64,000 nt of DNA from Dehalococcoidia bacterium UBA2247 (GTDB taxonomy: Bacteria > Chloroflexota > Dehalococcoidia > UBA2247). The notes below the pieces were generated by a model that was not told the origin of the DNA, did no database searches, and was given only the letters and a program-made list of their open reading frames with translations. This document shows positions 9,574-19,188 of the stretch, one piece after another; the first letter of the stretch is position 1, and each line of letters begins with the position of its first letter. Where the stretch lies: positions 27,537 to 91,536 of the forward strand of contig DDXZ01000005.1 of the NCBI GenBank assembly GCA_002347295.1. The letters run 5' to 3'. The position numbers and the translations under genes were made by a program.

Positions 9574-9601
9574 AAGCCCCGGCGCTTTACCCGGGGTTTT
9601 T
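9574..9601 (+). terminator. Rho-independent terminator: GC-rich hairpin (CCCCGG...CCGGGG) followed by a T-run
   Basis: aagccccggcgctttacccggggttttt, read directly; sits 60 nt after the 582-aa ORF at a convergent gene junction. Confidence 0.6.
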
Positions 9602-9603
9602 CA

Positions 9604-9915
9604 TTATAAATAGGACCATAATTGATATTTCACAATAAAATAAACAGCGGCACCAATAATCAGCAAGGGAAGAAAAATACTACTTAGATATTTAGTGATG
9701 TCGATTACAGTATCCCTGGGGGAGATGCCATCATCTTTGTCATGGATGTTTTTCAGTAGATTGCGCTGTATTTTCTCATAAGAGCGGTTAAATTTACGCA
9801 GCTTTTTATCACTTCGCTCTAATTTAAGCCGAGATAACCGTTCCTGAGTACATTTATAACAATTACAGTAAGGCGGGTGTTTATCATGAGTATAATCTCG
9901 ATCTGATACAGGCAA
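9604..9915 (-). CDS. Small protein with a CxCxxC zinc-binding motif and a C-terminal TM helix
   Basis: ORF; PYCNCYKCTQ motif; hydrophobic C-terminus IFLPLLIIGAAVYFIV. Confidence 0.45.
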   Translation of the reverse strand: MPVSDRDYTHDKHPPYCNCYKCTQERLSRLKLERSDKKLRKFNRSYEKIQRNLLKNIHDKDDGISPRDTVIDITKYLSSIFLPLLIIGAAVYFIVKYQLWSYL

Positions 9916-10009
9916 GGCTAATCCTTCCAGCCCCCGGATTTACCCCACACCACATTTGTTATTAATACCACAACAATAACTTAATATCAATATTACGTAT
10001 AAAATAATA

Positions 10010-10038
10010 TTGACAAATATTATAGACAGGTGTATATT
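10010..10038 (+). promoter_or_regulatory. Sigma70-like promoter TTGACA-N17-TATATT upstream of the XRE gene
   Basis: Hexamers read directly at 10010-10015 and 10033-10038; 20 nt upstream of ATG 10058. Confidence 0.4.
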
Positions 10039-10057
10039 CGTATTGGATATAAAATAA

Positions 10058-10261
10058 ATGAGTAAATTAAAAGAAATCAGGGAAGCGAAAGGGCTAACTC
10101 AGGTAGAGTTAGCGGTAAAGTCAGGAGTAGCATCAATGACAATAAGCCGGATTGAAAGAGGAGCAGTAACAAAACCAGCTTATGCTACATTAAAAGTTCT
10201 GGCCGATGCGTTAGGTGTGAGCCCTGAGGACATCCGGAACGGATATTATGCTCAAAATTAA
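10058..10261 (+). CDS. XRE/Cro-CI family HTH transcriptional regulator (67 aa)
   Basis: LTQVELAVKSGVASMTISRIERG helix-turn-helix signature. Confidence 0.75.
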   Translation: MSKLKEIREAKGLTQVELAVKSGVASMTISRIERGAVTKPAYATLKVLADALGVSPEDIRNGYYAQN

Positions 10262-10334
10262 GGATTGCACTATTATGTCATCTATGATATTACATAACAT
10301 ATATAGTGCGAACCACTTCGTGCCTGCTTTAATA

Positions 10335-11513
10335 TTACATAATATCACCACATAATAATGTTGACCCGGATAACATTCTGGTAATGGTTGTTACCAGTTC
10401 TTTCAGTCCCCACTTTTTCGCTGCTGAAATTAAAACTATAGACTCGGCATCAGCATTTTTATTCTGATAATATTGCACCAGATTATTAAAACCAGCTTCG
10501 TCCTGGGACTCCGGTAATAAGTCTACTTTGTTATAAACTGTTAAAATTGGCTTTTCGCTCAGATTAAGCTCCTTAAGCAAGCTTTTTACCGTTCCAGCCT
10601 GTTCTAACGTATTTTTATGCGTAATATCGATAACATGTAATAATAAGTCAGCCTCCTGTAACTCTTCGAACGTTGCCCGAAAGGCCAGTACCACCGCAGG
10701 AGGCAGTTTCTGAATAAATCCCACCGTATCTGTTACCAGCACTTCAAACCCTCCTGACAGCCTGATGCGCCTGGTGACCGGATCAAGAGTGGAAAACAGG
10801 CTGTTGCTTACCATAACTCCTGCGCCACTGAGGGCATTCAATAAGGTACTCTTACCGGCACTGGTATAGCCCACCAGAGAGACCACAGGGATGCCCGCTC
10901 TTTCTCTCTTCTGACGATAAAGCGTCCTGTGAGTCCTCACTTTTTCAATATCTTTTTCAATACGACTGATTCTCTGCCGTATTAGCCGTCGGTCGGTCTC
11001 TAACTGCGATTCTCCCGGACCACGTGTACCGACACCACCACCCAGCCTCTCCAGATGGCTCCATTGCCCCACAAGCCGGGGCAGTAAATACTGGTGTTGT
11101 GCCAGTTCCACCTGTAATTGTCCTTCACGAGTCTGCGCTCTCCGGGCAAAAATATCGAGAATAAGAGCCGTTCTATCTATTACTTTCACATGGGTAACCT
11201 GTTCCAGGTTCTTTTGCTGTAACGGAGACAGTTCATCATCAAAGATAATAACTTCGCTGCCGGTACTCTGTTGTAATGCCACTAAATCATCCAGTTTCCC
11301 CGTACCAATATAATATGGCGACGGTCTGGCCACTTTTTGCATAATCATACCCGCCACTTTCACTCCGGCAGATATGGCTAATTGCTGCAACTCCACCAGG
11401 GAATCTTCCAGAGACCATGATGACCTGTCATCCTTGAGACGTACTCCCACCAGTATCGCGTGCTCTAAATCATTCTCTTTAACAGTTTTCAATCGTGTAT
11501 TAATAGATATCAC
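10335..11513 (-). CDS. hflX: GTPase HflX
   Basis: G1 motif GYTSAGKST, DTVGF, and an NKVD-like G4 motif; N-terminal HflX domain. Confidence 0.85.
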   Translation of the reverse strand: MISINTRLKTVKENDLEHAILVGVRLKDDRSSWSLEDSLVELQQLAISAGVKVAGMIMQKVARPSPYYIGTGKLDDLVALQQSTGSEVIIFDDELSPLQQKNLEQVTHVKVIDRTALILDIFARRAQTREGQLQVELAQHQYLLPRLVGQWSHLERLGGGVGTRGPGESQLETDRRLIRQRISRIEKDIEKVRTHRTLYRQKRERAGIPVVSLVGYTSAGKSTLLNALSGAGVMVSNSLFSTLDPVTRRIRLSGGFEVLVTDTVGFIQKLPPAVVLAFRATFEELQEADLLLHVIDITHKNTLEQAGTVKSLLKELNLSEKPILTVYNKVDLLPESQDEAGFNNLVQYYQNKNADAESIVLISAAKKWGLKELVTTITRMLSGSTLLCGDIM

Positions 11514-11562
11514 CTCTTAAAATAAAAACATTATGTCAAATACGCTTCTCTGAATTAAGTAA

Positions 11563-12486
11563 TCAAGACACCGACAAAAAATCCTGCACCAAACGTATGC
11601 ATTCTTTTTCAAAACCATCACATTTTATGTCAAACCAGTGTATGCGCGGGTCGTTCAGATGGAACCAGGCATACTGGCGACGGGCAAAGTGATGTGTATC
11701 ATATTTAATTTTTTGAACAGCTTCGGGTAAGCTGATTTCTCCCCTGAGATACATTGCGATATGCTTATATCCCAGTCCTGTCATTGCTGGAGAATCCAGA
11801 CGGTAGCCTTTATCTAATAAAAAACGTGTTTCTTCAACCAGTCCCCGCTTAACCATTTCATCCACCCGTGCATCAATCCGCCGATATAAATCTTCTCTCG
11901 CTAAAGTTAACCCGATAATAAGATTATTAAAATCCGGCGCTGATTTACTGAGAAACCGGGAAAATGGCTGTCCTGTGGCATAATATACTTCCAGCGCCCG
12001 GATAATACGGCGCAGGTTATTCGGATTAATCCTGTTCGCACCTTCCGGGTCAACCCCGCACAATTCCGTATAAAGTACTGTCGCACCTTCTTTTTCCGCT
12101 CTTGCTTCCAGTTTATGTCTTGTTTTTATGTCAGGAGGAATGTGCGGGATATCCCATCCTTCAATAATAGACCAGATATAAAGACCCGTTCCTCCCGCAA
12201 GCAAAGGCACCTTCCCACGCATCTGAATATCCGCAATTACTGCGAGGGCAGCTTCCTTGTATTGCGCGAGAGTAAAATCACTATCCGGACGGACAAAATC
12301 AATCAGGTGATGAGGCACTAAAGCACGTTCTTCCGCAGAAGGCTTATCGACAGCGATATTAACATCACAATAAATCTGGCGGCTGTCAGCACCGATTATT
12401 TCGCCATTACAGGCCAGCGCTATTTCTAAAGAAAGCCTCGTTTTACCTGATGCTGTCGGTCCTACTACAGTGACCAGATTATTCAT
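11563..12486 (-). CDS. miaA: tRNA dimethylallyltransferase
   Basis: N-terminal GPTASGKT P-loop; typical MiaA length and motifs. Confidence 0.85.
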   Translation of the reverse strand: MNNLVTVVGPTASGKTRLSLEIALACNGEIIGADSRQIYCDVNIAVDKPSAEERALVPHHLIDFVRPDSDFTLAQYKEAALAVIADIQMRGKVPLLAGGTGLYIWSIIEGWDIPHIPPDIKTRHKLEARAEKEGATVLYTELCGVDPEGANRINPNNLRRIIRALEVYYATGQPFSRFLSKSAPDFNNLIIGLTLAREDLYRRIDARVDEMVKRGLVEETRFLLDKGYRLDSPAMTGLGYKHIAMYLRGEISLPEAVQKIKYDTHHFARRQYAWFHLNDPRIHWFDIKCDGFEKECIRLVQDFLSVS

Positions 12487-12488
12487 AT

Positions 12489-13247
12489 TTATTTTTTAAT
12501 TTCTGCAGTTTGTTGAGCAATACTGACAAATTCTGCTGCCTTGAGGCTCGCTCCCCCTACCAGAGAACCATCAATATCCGTCTGGCTGATAAATTCCTTA
12601 ATATTACTGCCGGTGACACTACCACCATAGAGGATACTGATAAGATTAGCAACATGACCACCATATAATTTTACTATCAGGTTACGTATAATGCCGCTAA
12701 CCTCGTTTGCCTGCTCTCCAGTAGCCGCCTTCCCCGTACCTATAGCCCATATCGGTTCGTAAGCAACAATTAATTTTCCGATATAATTAACATCACGCAG
12801 GGCCGCAGTTACCTGTCTCTTAATAACACTTTCCATTTGCCCTTTTTCTCTCTGCTCCAGATTCTCACCAACACAGAGAATTGGTATCAATCCGGCATTT
12901 AAAGCTGCTTTTATCTTCTTATTAACCATCTCATCGGTATCTCCGAAATATTGTCTTCTCTCAGAGTGGCCGATAATGACATATTCACACAGACCTTTAA
13001 GCATAAGCGGCGCTATCTCTCCAGTAAAAGCGCCCTTCTCTTCAAAATACATGTTCTGCGCCCCCAGTTTCAGTGACGACCGGTCAACCAGTTTTCTGAT
13101 TTCGGCTATGGAAATAAAAGGAGGGCATAATATTTTCTCCACACCTTGAACCCGATCCAGGTCATTCTGCATGGTCCTGACCAGTTCAACCCCACTCTCC
13201 AGAGTGGTATTCATTTTCCAGTTTCCGGCAACTACAGGTACAGGCAT
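12489..13247 (-). CDS. tpiA: Triosephosphate isomerase
   Basis: NWKMN, IGHSERR, AYEPIWAIGTG motifs. Confidence 0.9.
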   Translation of the reverse strand: MPVPVVAGNWKMNTTLESGVELVRTMQNDLDRVQGVEKILCPPFISIAEIRKLVDRSSLKLGAQNMYFEEKGAFTGEIAPLMLKGLCEYVIIGHSERRQYFGDTDEMVNKKIKAALNAGLIPILCVGENLEQREKGQMESVIKRQVTAALRDVNYIGKLIVAYEPIWAIGTGKAATGEQANEVSGIIRNLIVKLYGGHVANLISILYGGSVTGSNIKEFISQTDIDGSLVGGASLKAAEFVSIAQQTAEIKK

Positions 13248-13256
13248 TTCTCCTCC

Positions 13257-14462
13257 TCAAGCACCAAATTTGGTAAATTTTCCGGCATGAGCCATCATTA
13301 ATAAAATCAATTCACGGGCAGGAAATCTTCCCAGACTGCCCCCGGAACAAGTTCTCTCGGCAAAATGAGCGATATTATCCGGACGGCACGAGGGTGAATA
13401 TAATAAAACAGGCACCGGATGCCAGCTATGCCCTTTCAATACTGCCGGGGTAGAATGGTCACCAGTAATAACAATAACTTCCGGATTTAAAGCAGTCAGG
13501 CGGGGCAATAAGAAATCGACCTCCTCAATCGCCTTCACTTTACGCTCAAAATCACCATCCTCACCCGCACTATCCGTCTTTTTTATATGAACAAAGAAAA
13601 AGTCATGGTTGGCATAATTGCTTTCTAATATAGCCAGTTCTTCCTCTATGGAACCACCTGTATTCAAGACGTTCATACCCACCAGCTTGGCCAATCCCCG
13701 ATACATCGGATAGGAAGCGATAGCAGCCGGGGTCAGTTGATACAACTCCTTCATTGTAGCAATTTCAGGAAACTGGGAAAATCCTCGCAATAACACCATA
13801 TTGGCCGGACGATGATTCGCCAGAAGTTTCCGGGCAGCGCTAACAAATTCATTTATCATATCGGCGGTAACTCGGGCTTGCGGCAACAAAGATTCCGCCT
13901 TTCTCACTGGAACTCCGGTTAACTGCGGGTCAGTTTCACTCACTGCGGGAGATAATCCCGTACCGCGCAGTATCAGGACAAAGCGGTGCTCTTTCACCGG
14001 CTGCACGATAACCTGTACCCCTTTTATTTTAATACCGCTGAGCAGATTACTCAGTTCAATACACTTTTCCGTAGAGATACGTCCTGCTCTACGGTCAATC
14101 ACATTACCTTTTTCATCGATAGTACAAAAATTACCACGCGCCGCAACATCCGTCTTGTGGAGATCAAAATCAATTCCCAGCGCCTCCAGGACTCCTCGGC
14201 CGATAATATGAGTGGTGGGATCATAACCAAACAATCCCAGGTGTCCGGGAGCGCTCCCGGGAGTAATTCCGGGAGATACGGGATCCACCAGACCACAGGT
14301 GCTCATCCGTACCAGTTTATCTAGATTAGGTGTCTTTGCCGTCTCCAATTCTGTTTTACCCGTTTCGGGATGCGGCAGACCTCCTAAACCATCCAGCACT
14401 AGTAGTACGATTCTGGTCGGTGTTTTTCGGGAAACTTCTTTTATCTGCTCCGCTGTAATCAT
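13257..14462 (-). CDS. apgM: 2,3-bisphosphoglycerate-independent phosphoglycerate mutase, archaeal ApgM type
   Basis: 401 aa; LVLDGLGG start; metalloenzyme-superfamily phosphopentomutase/iPGM-like; sits between pgk and tpiA. Confidence 0.75.
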   Translation of the reverse strand: MITAEQIKEVSRKTPTRIVLLVLDGLGGLPHPETGKTELETAKTPNLDKLVRMSTCGLVDPVSPGITPGSAPGHLGLFGYDPTTHIIGRGVLEALGIDFDLHKTDVAARGNFCTIDEKGNVIDRRAGRISTEKCIELSNLLSGIKIKGVQVIVQPVKEHRFVLILRGTGLSPAVSETDPQLTGVPVRKAESLLPQARVTADMINEFVSAARKLLANHRPANMVLLRGFSQFPEIATMKELYQLTPAAIASYPMYRGLAKLVGMNVLNTGGSIEEELAILESNYANHDFFFVHIKKTDSAGEDGDFERKVKAIEEVDFLLPRLTALNPEVIVITGDHSTPAVLKGHSWHPVPVLLYSPSCRPDNIAHFAERTCSGGSLGRFPARELILLMMAHAGKFTKFGA

Positions 14463-14466
14463 TTTA

Positions 14467-15654
14467 TTATTTGTCCTGTAAAGCAGCTACTCCGGGCAGG
14501 ACTTCTCCTTCCAGAAATCTTAGAGAGGCTCCGCCACCTGTCGAGACATGATTCATTTTATCTGCCAGACCAAATGCCTGCACGGCCTCGCCGGTAGAAC
14601 CACCGCAAATAATAGTAGTGGCTTCAATATTAGCCATGACATTGGCAATAGACTTTGTCCCGTTACTGAATTCAGGAATCTCAAATACTCCCATGGGACC
14701 ATTCCATACTGCTGTTTTACACTTTTTTATTTCCGCAGAGAATATTTCTATTGTCCGCGGGCCGATATCCGCTATCTTCCAGCCCTCTTCCACTTTCTCC
14801 AGAGGGACGATTTTAGTAGTAGCATTCTCCGCAATATTATCCGTAATAACCGCGTCTACCGCAAGAACCATCCTCGCCCCATTATGTTTCGCTTTATCCA
14901 GCAGACGGCGTGCCGTTTTCACTTCCTCTTCTTCGGTATCCGCTGCCCCCTCTTCCTGTGCCCGGAGGAAAGTGGACATCATACCCCCACCCACCAGCAG
15001 AACATCTACCTTATCCATAATATGGTCCAATAATTTAATCTTGTCCGTTACCTTGGCTCCTCCCACCACGGCAAGAAGCGGGCGAACGGGATTATCGAGA
15101 GCCTTACCGAGCATATCCAGCTCTTTTTGCATCAAGAATCCCGCAACCGCCGGCAGATAGCTCGTGATACCGACATTGGACGCATGGGCACGGTGTGCTA
15201 GGCCGAAAGCATCGTTCACCACAATATCACCCAGTCGTGACAGCGCCCGGGCAAATTCCGGGTCGTTTTTCTCTTCCTCAGAATGAAAACGCAAATTCTC
15301 CAGAAGGATAATTTCTCCTTCCCTCAACTCGTTAACAGCGCTCTCCACCCGGGGACCAATACAATCATCCAGTGTTTTTACCGGCCTTTTGATTAATTCC
15401 GAAAGTCTTTTCCCTACCGGAGCCAACTTTAATTCATTAACCACTTTCCCGTCCGGACGTCCCAGATGAGAACTGAGAATGATTCTGGCATTATTCTTAA
15501 TTAAATACTCGATAGTGGGCAATTCCGCCCGGATACGCGTGTCGTCAGTAATAGCATTGGTTTTACGGTCCAGGGGGACGTTAAAATCCACCCTCATGAA
15601 TACTCTTTTTCCTTTTACAGCAACATCACGTATGGTTTTTTTGTTCACTGGCAT
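14467..15654 (-). CDS. pgk: Phosphoglycerate kinase
   Basis: RVDFNVP, conserved N- and C-domain motifs, 395 aa. Confidence 0.9.
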   Translation of the reverse strand: MPVNKKTIRDVAVKGKRVFMRVDFNVPLDRKTNAITDDTRIRAELPTIEYLIKNNARIILSSHLGRPDGKVVNELKLAPVGKRLSELIKRPVKTLDDCIGPRVESAVNELREGEIILLENLRFHSEEEKNDPEFARALSRLGDIVVNDAFGLAHRAHASNVGITSYLPAVAGFLMQKELDMLGKALDNPVRPLLAVVGGAKVTDKIKLLDHIMDKVDVLLVGGGMMSTFLRAQEEGAADTEEEEVKTARRLLDKAKHNGARMVLAVDAVITDNIAENATTKIVPLEKVEEGWKIADIGPRTIEIFSAEIKKCKTAVWNGPMGVFEIPEFSNGTKSIANVMANIEATTIICGGSTGEAVQAFGLADKMNHVSTGGGASLRFLEGEVLPGVAALQDK

Positions 15655-16166
15655 CTCCTCCGGAAAATATTTTTAAAATATTATTATTGAAACTATTTGT
15701 TTCAACCCACCTGACCTATTAAATATTATACCCCGCGCCCTGTCTGTGCAATCCCTAAGTATGATTATCACAAGACATCCTGTGGTGAACATTCCCCTAT
15801 CAGGAAATACGAGAAAATGATAATTTCTCAAGTAATAACATTATGTCAATTTAAATACCCCTCTTAAAATCAACAGTATATTTAAAGATTTGATTTTTCA
15901 ATTCTAGTTTTAACATTTGAGCTTTTCCTTTAGATTTAACAATAGCGAGAATCCAGAGTAGGCATACTACCCTTTATTACGAATTTCTTATCAGCTACAG
16001 GTTAAATTCCTCCAACTGCGCTCTATCTCATTCCGGCATTTTGGGTAAAACAGGCACAATTCTTTGATATAGTATTCAAAAGATAATATAATACATCTAG
16101 TATTTATGGTTTGAGATATTTGATATTATTTATTAAATACAATGTGCGTATGGAGGTATAGTTTTA

Positions 16167-16532
16167 ATGAAATGCCCGAATTGTGGAGCCGAATTGAGGC
16201 TGGAGCTCATTCTGGAAGCAAACGGTGCTCTCTCCAAAACAAGTGCTAAAGGTCATGAAATCGTTTTCCGGATGAAGGGAATGCCTTATACCCTCTCTGA
16301 CGATGATATCGTAGAAGCAGCGAAAAATTTAAACTGGCCGGAAACAATCAGAGACTATTACGTTGAACTGAAAGATAGAAAAGGAATAATTAAAGAATAT
16401 CCCATCAAGCAGGTAGTGCGAGAGGCACTACGGACAGTACGCAAGAATGTAATATCGGAAGACTACTTTACTTCACAGCGGGCAAAACAAATTCTGACCA
16501 AACTACAGTTCACGGTAAAAACCAAGACATAA
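16167..16532 (+). CDS. Hypothetical protein with an N-terminal CPxCG zinc ribbon (121 aa), in an AT-rich island
   Basis: MKCPNCGAEL...; local GC far below the window average. Confidence 0.45.
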   Translation: MKCPNCGAELRLELILEANGALSKTSAKGHEIVFRMKGMPYTLSDDDIVEAAKNLNWPETIRDYYVELKDRKGIIKEYPIKQVVREALRTVRKNVISEDYFTSQRAKQILTKLQFTVKTKT

Positions 16533-16971
16533 AAAATTATTATACCTGGTTGAATTCCTTCTTCAATAATTAAAACATACTTCCGCCATCAGCTCTTTAA
16601 AGGCTGAAGAGGATATTTTTTAGCCTACAATATTTATTAGGATCAACAGTACCATAGATATGACACAGAGATATTTACAGAGTTTAAACATGGATGATGT
16701 GACTAAATTCCCATTTATCCACTCTTGTTCATTAGTCGTACTCTCAATCCTACTTCTATATTAATAATGTTAATCAGCACACACAGCTGATTTAATTTTA
16801 TTTATAAATACCCATAAATTAATGAGTACCACATTTTACTGGACCTTTATTCCAAGCATCTTATTAAAGGCTTTTCTATGAACCATTCGCTTGCCATATT
16901 TAGGATTATTTGTTTCAATAACAAAACTACTAGCACCTTTCCGCTTAACTTTTATTTTACACTTATCAATA

Positions 16972-17766
16972 TCAATCAAACCTGAGTAACCAATTAAATC
17001 CAAAGTGATCTAGGCCAATATCAAGTAAACAAGGCGGACGCTCTTTCATCTCTAAAACATATGATGTGCTTCCAAGTGGTTCTCTTTCTTTTAAATCTTT
17101 GGGAATTTCTATACGGAATTTATCAATCTCGCCAAAATCCTCAGATATCACTCTTAAATCCCACCAAGAACCAAGAGGAATTAACGGCATCGGGTCTGCA
17201 ATAGCAGCACAGATATCTCCAACAACTTTCATGTGATTCAAAGGTTTCCAATTTGGATGACTAATGTTCAGTTCTGGATATGCATCTCTCCTTATACTTT
17301 CGCAAATCACAGCAACTCTCAGAGGCATACCTCTTGACAGATTAATACCAAGACTGAAACCGCTAGGTGTATAGCCAACGATATTCTTTGAATACTCGTT
17401 TAACACCTCATCTATTGTAGATTTTGTTCGTACCCCAAATAATCCACTTGAACGGAAGTAACAAAACGGTTTATAAGCACGAGAATCATAGGGTATTTTA
17501 CCTGTACTCATGCAATATACTCTCGGTATGATTGTATTAAGCCACATATTATTTCTTATTTCTACACAATGTATTAAGAGAAATCCATCACTACAAAAAT
17601 TAGTAAAAGTTACTAACCGCACGGTTAACAAAGGTTTTCTAAGTACTTTCCTGATAGCTTTTTCAACATGAAAAGTAAAGTTTGGATTACTAGCAATTAA
17701 TGTAGCAATAATCCCGCTTATGATTCCAGCGAGTATACCGATAAAAAAACCTGACCCAAATGCCAT
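16972..17766 (-). CDS. Hypothetical N-terminally membrane-anchored protein (264 aa). The reading frame may continue to about 16847 through a frameshift.
   Basis: N-terminal TM FFIGILAGIISGIIATLIA; AT-rich; a K-rich open frame continues in the -1 frame after the stop. Confidence 0.45.
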   Translation of the reverse strand: MAFGSGFFIGILAGIISGIIATLIASNPNFTFHVEKAIRKVLRKPLLTVRLVTFTNFCSDGFLLIHCVEIRNNMWLNTIIPRVYCMSTGKIPYDSRAYKPFCYFRSSGLFGVRTKSTIDEVLNEYSKNIVGYTPSGFSLGINLSRGMPLRVAVICESIRRDAYPELNISHPNWKPLNHMKVVGDICAAIADPMPLIPLGSWWDLRVISEDFGEIDKFRIEIPKDLKEREPLGSTSYVLEMKERPPCLLDIGLDHFGFNWLLRFD

Positions 17767-17979
17767 CAGGCATACCTCCTATTAGCAGGTTATATGGTAC
17801 GATATATTGCATTGTATTCTTGGCAAGGTGATTTCTCAAGATTATAAATTTTGCTAAAGCTAATAAAGATATTAATCACTAATAGAACTTGCCATACTGT
17901 ACCCATTTAAAGTTGTGTCCACAAGTATGATTCACAATTAGCTATTTTAAAGCTAAATAGTTAACTTGTTAATAATTAA

Positions 17980-19157
17980 GGAAACTCTGAAAAAGTCTCC
18001 GGATATGAGATAATACTGATATCAAATATCGTATGGAGCAGAAGATGAAATCACTATCCTTCGCCGGTCTTGCCTATGAACAGAAGAAAAAAACCCGTCG
18101 GGAGCAATTTCTTGGAGAGATGGATAAAGTCATTCCCTGGGAAAGCATGGTGAAACTCATCAAACCGCATTATCCGAAGGCTGGTAATGGACGCAAGCCG
18201 ATGCCGCTTGAGATGATGCTGAGGATATACTTCCTGCAACAGTGGTATGGACTCTCGGATCCGGCGATGGAGGACTCACTCTACGACATCGAATCAATGA
18301 GACGGTTTGCCGGTATAGATCTTCATACGGATGACGTACCTGATGAAACAACCATCTTGAACTTCCGGCATCTGCTGGAGAAGCATAAACTGACGGAAAA
18401 GCTGTTTGCCCAGACGCGGAGGTACCTTATCGACAAAGGACTGATGATGGTACGGGAAGGGACGATAGTCGATGCAACGATACTGAATGCGCCGTCGTCA
18501 ACAAAAAACAGTGAGCAAAAGAGAGACCCGGAGATGAAGCAGACGAAGAAAGGGAACCAGTGGTATTTCGGGATGAAGGCACATGTGGGAACAGACACAG
18601 GTAAAGGACTGGTACACAGTGTCGTCGTGACCAATGATGCTGTCCATGATGCGAAGGTAATGGGTGAATTGTTACATGGAGAAGAAAAGGCCGTGTATGG
18701 AGATAAAGCCTATGCCGGAGAAGACAGGCAGAAAGAATGTGAATCCAGAGGAATCGGATGGTGTGTCAAGAGGAAAGCATACCGGGGCAGAGAGTTAACC
18801 GAAGAAGACAAAGAGAATAATCACCGGCATGGGAAGATACGGGCAAAGGGAGAGCATGCATTTCAGGTGGTAAAACATCTGTGGAAATATCGGAAGGTAC
18901 GATACAAAGGCTTCTACAAGAATGCGATACAGGTCTTTAGTTTGTTTATGCTGGCGAACCGGTACATGGTACGTCGGGAAATACCGATGATTAAGGGGTA
19001 AGTATGCCTCAATGGGGAAGAAAACCTCAAATAGGGCTAAAAGATGGGCAACAAGAGTGTAAAAATGCGATAAAAACCACAAAAACGCCGTTTATAAATT
19101 GATTTGAAAGAACATAGTCTTCAAATATCCATTATCAATAGCTTATTCAGAGGTTTC
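17980..19157 (+). mobile_element. IS5-family insertion sequence (~1.18 kb). Imperfect 17-bp terminal inverted repeats (GAAAC(C)TCTGAA(A/T)AAG) and a likely TTAA target-site duplication.
   Basis: The left end reads GGAAACTCTGAAAAAGTC (17980-17997). The right end reads GCTTATTCAGAGGTTTC (19141-19157), which is its reverse complement. TTAA flanks both ends. GC content is clearly higher than in the flanking DNA. Confidence 0.7.
18033..19001 (+). CDS. IS5-family DDE transposase (322 aa)
   Basis: N-terminal region conserved in IS5-group transposases (DPAMEDSLYDIESMRRFAGI), DDE-type catalytic core, single ORF within TIRs. Confidence 0.75.
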   Translation: MEQKMKSLSFAGLAYEQKKKTRREQFLGEMDKVIPWESMVKLIKPHYPKAGNGRKPMPLEMMLRIYFLQQWYGLSDPAMEDSLYDIESMRRFAGIDLHTDDVPDETTILNFRHLLEKHKLTEKLFAQTRRYLIDKGLMMVREGTIVDATILNAPSSTKNSEQKRDPEMKQTKKGNQWYFGMKAHVGTDTGKGLVHSVVVTNDAVHDAKVMGELLHGEEKAVYGDKAYAGEDRQKECESRGIGWCVKRKAYRGRELTEEDKENNHRHGKIRAKGEHAFQVVKHLWKYRKVRYKGFYKNAIQVFSLFMLANRYMVRREIPMIKG

Positions 19158-19188
19158 TTAAATAAAGAGGTATACTATAGAGAAAATT

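Noticed and set aside
14548-15160. 161-aa and 180-aa + strand ORFs
   Set aside because: They are antisense shadows of pgk.
18054-18634. Minus-strand ORFs inside the IS element
   Set aside because: They are antisense to the transposase gene. GC-rich DNA produces long chance ORFs.
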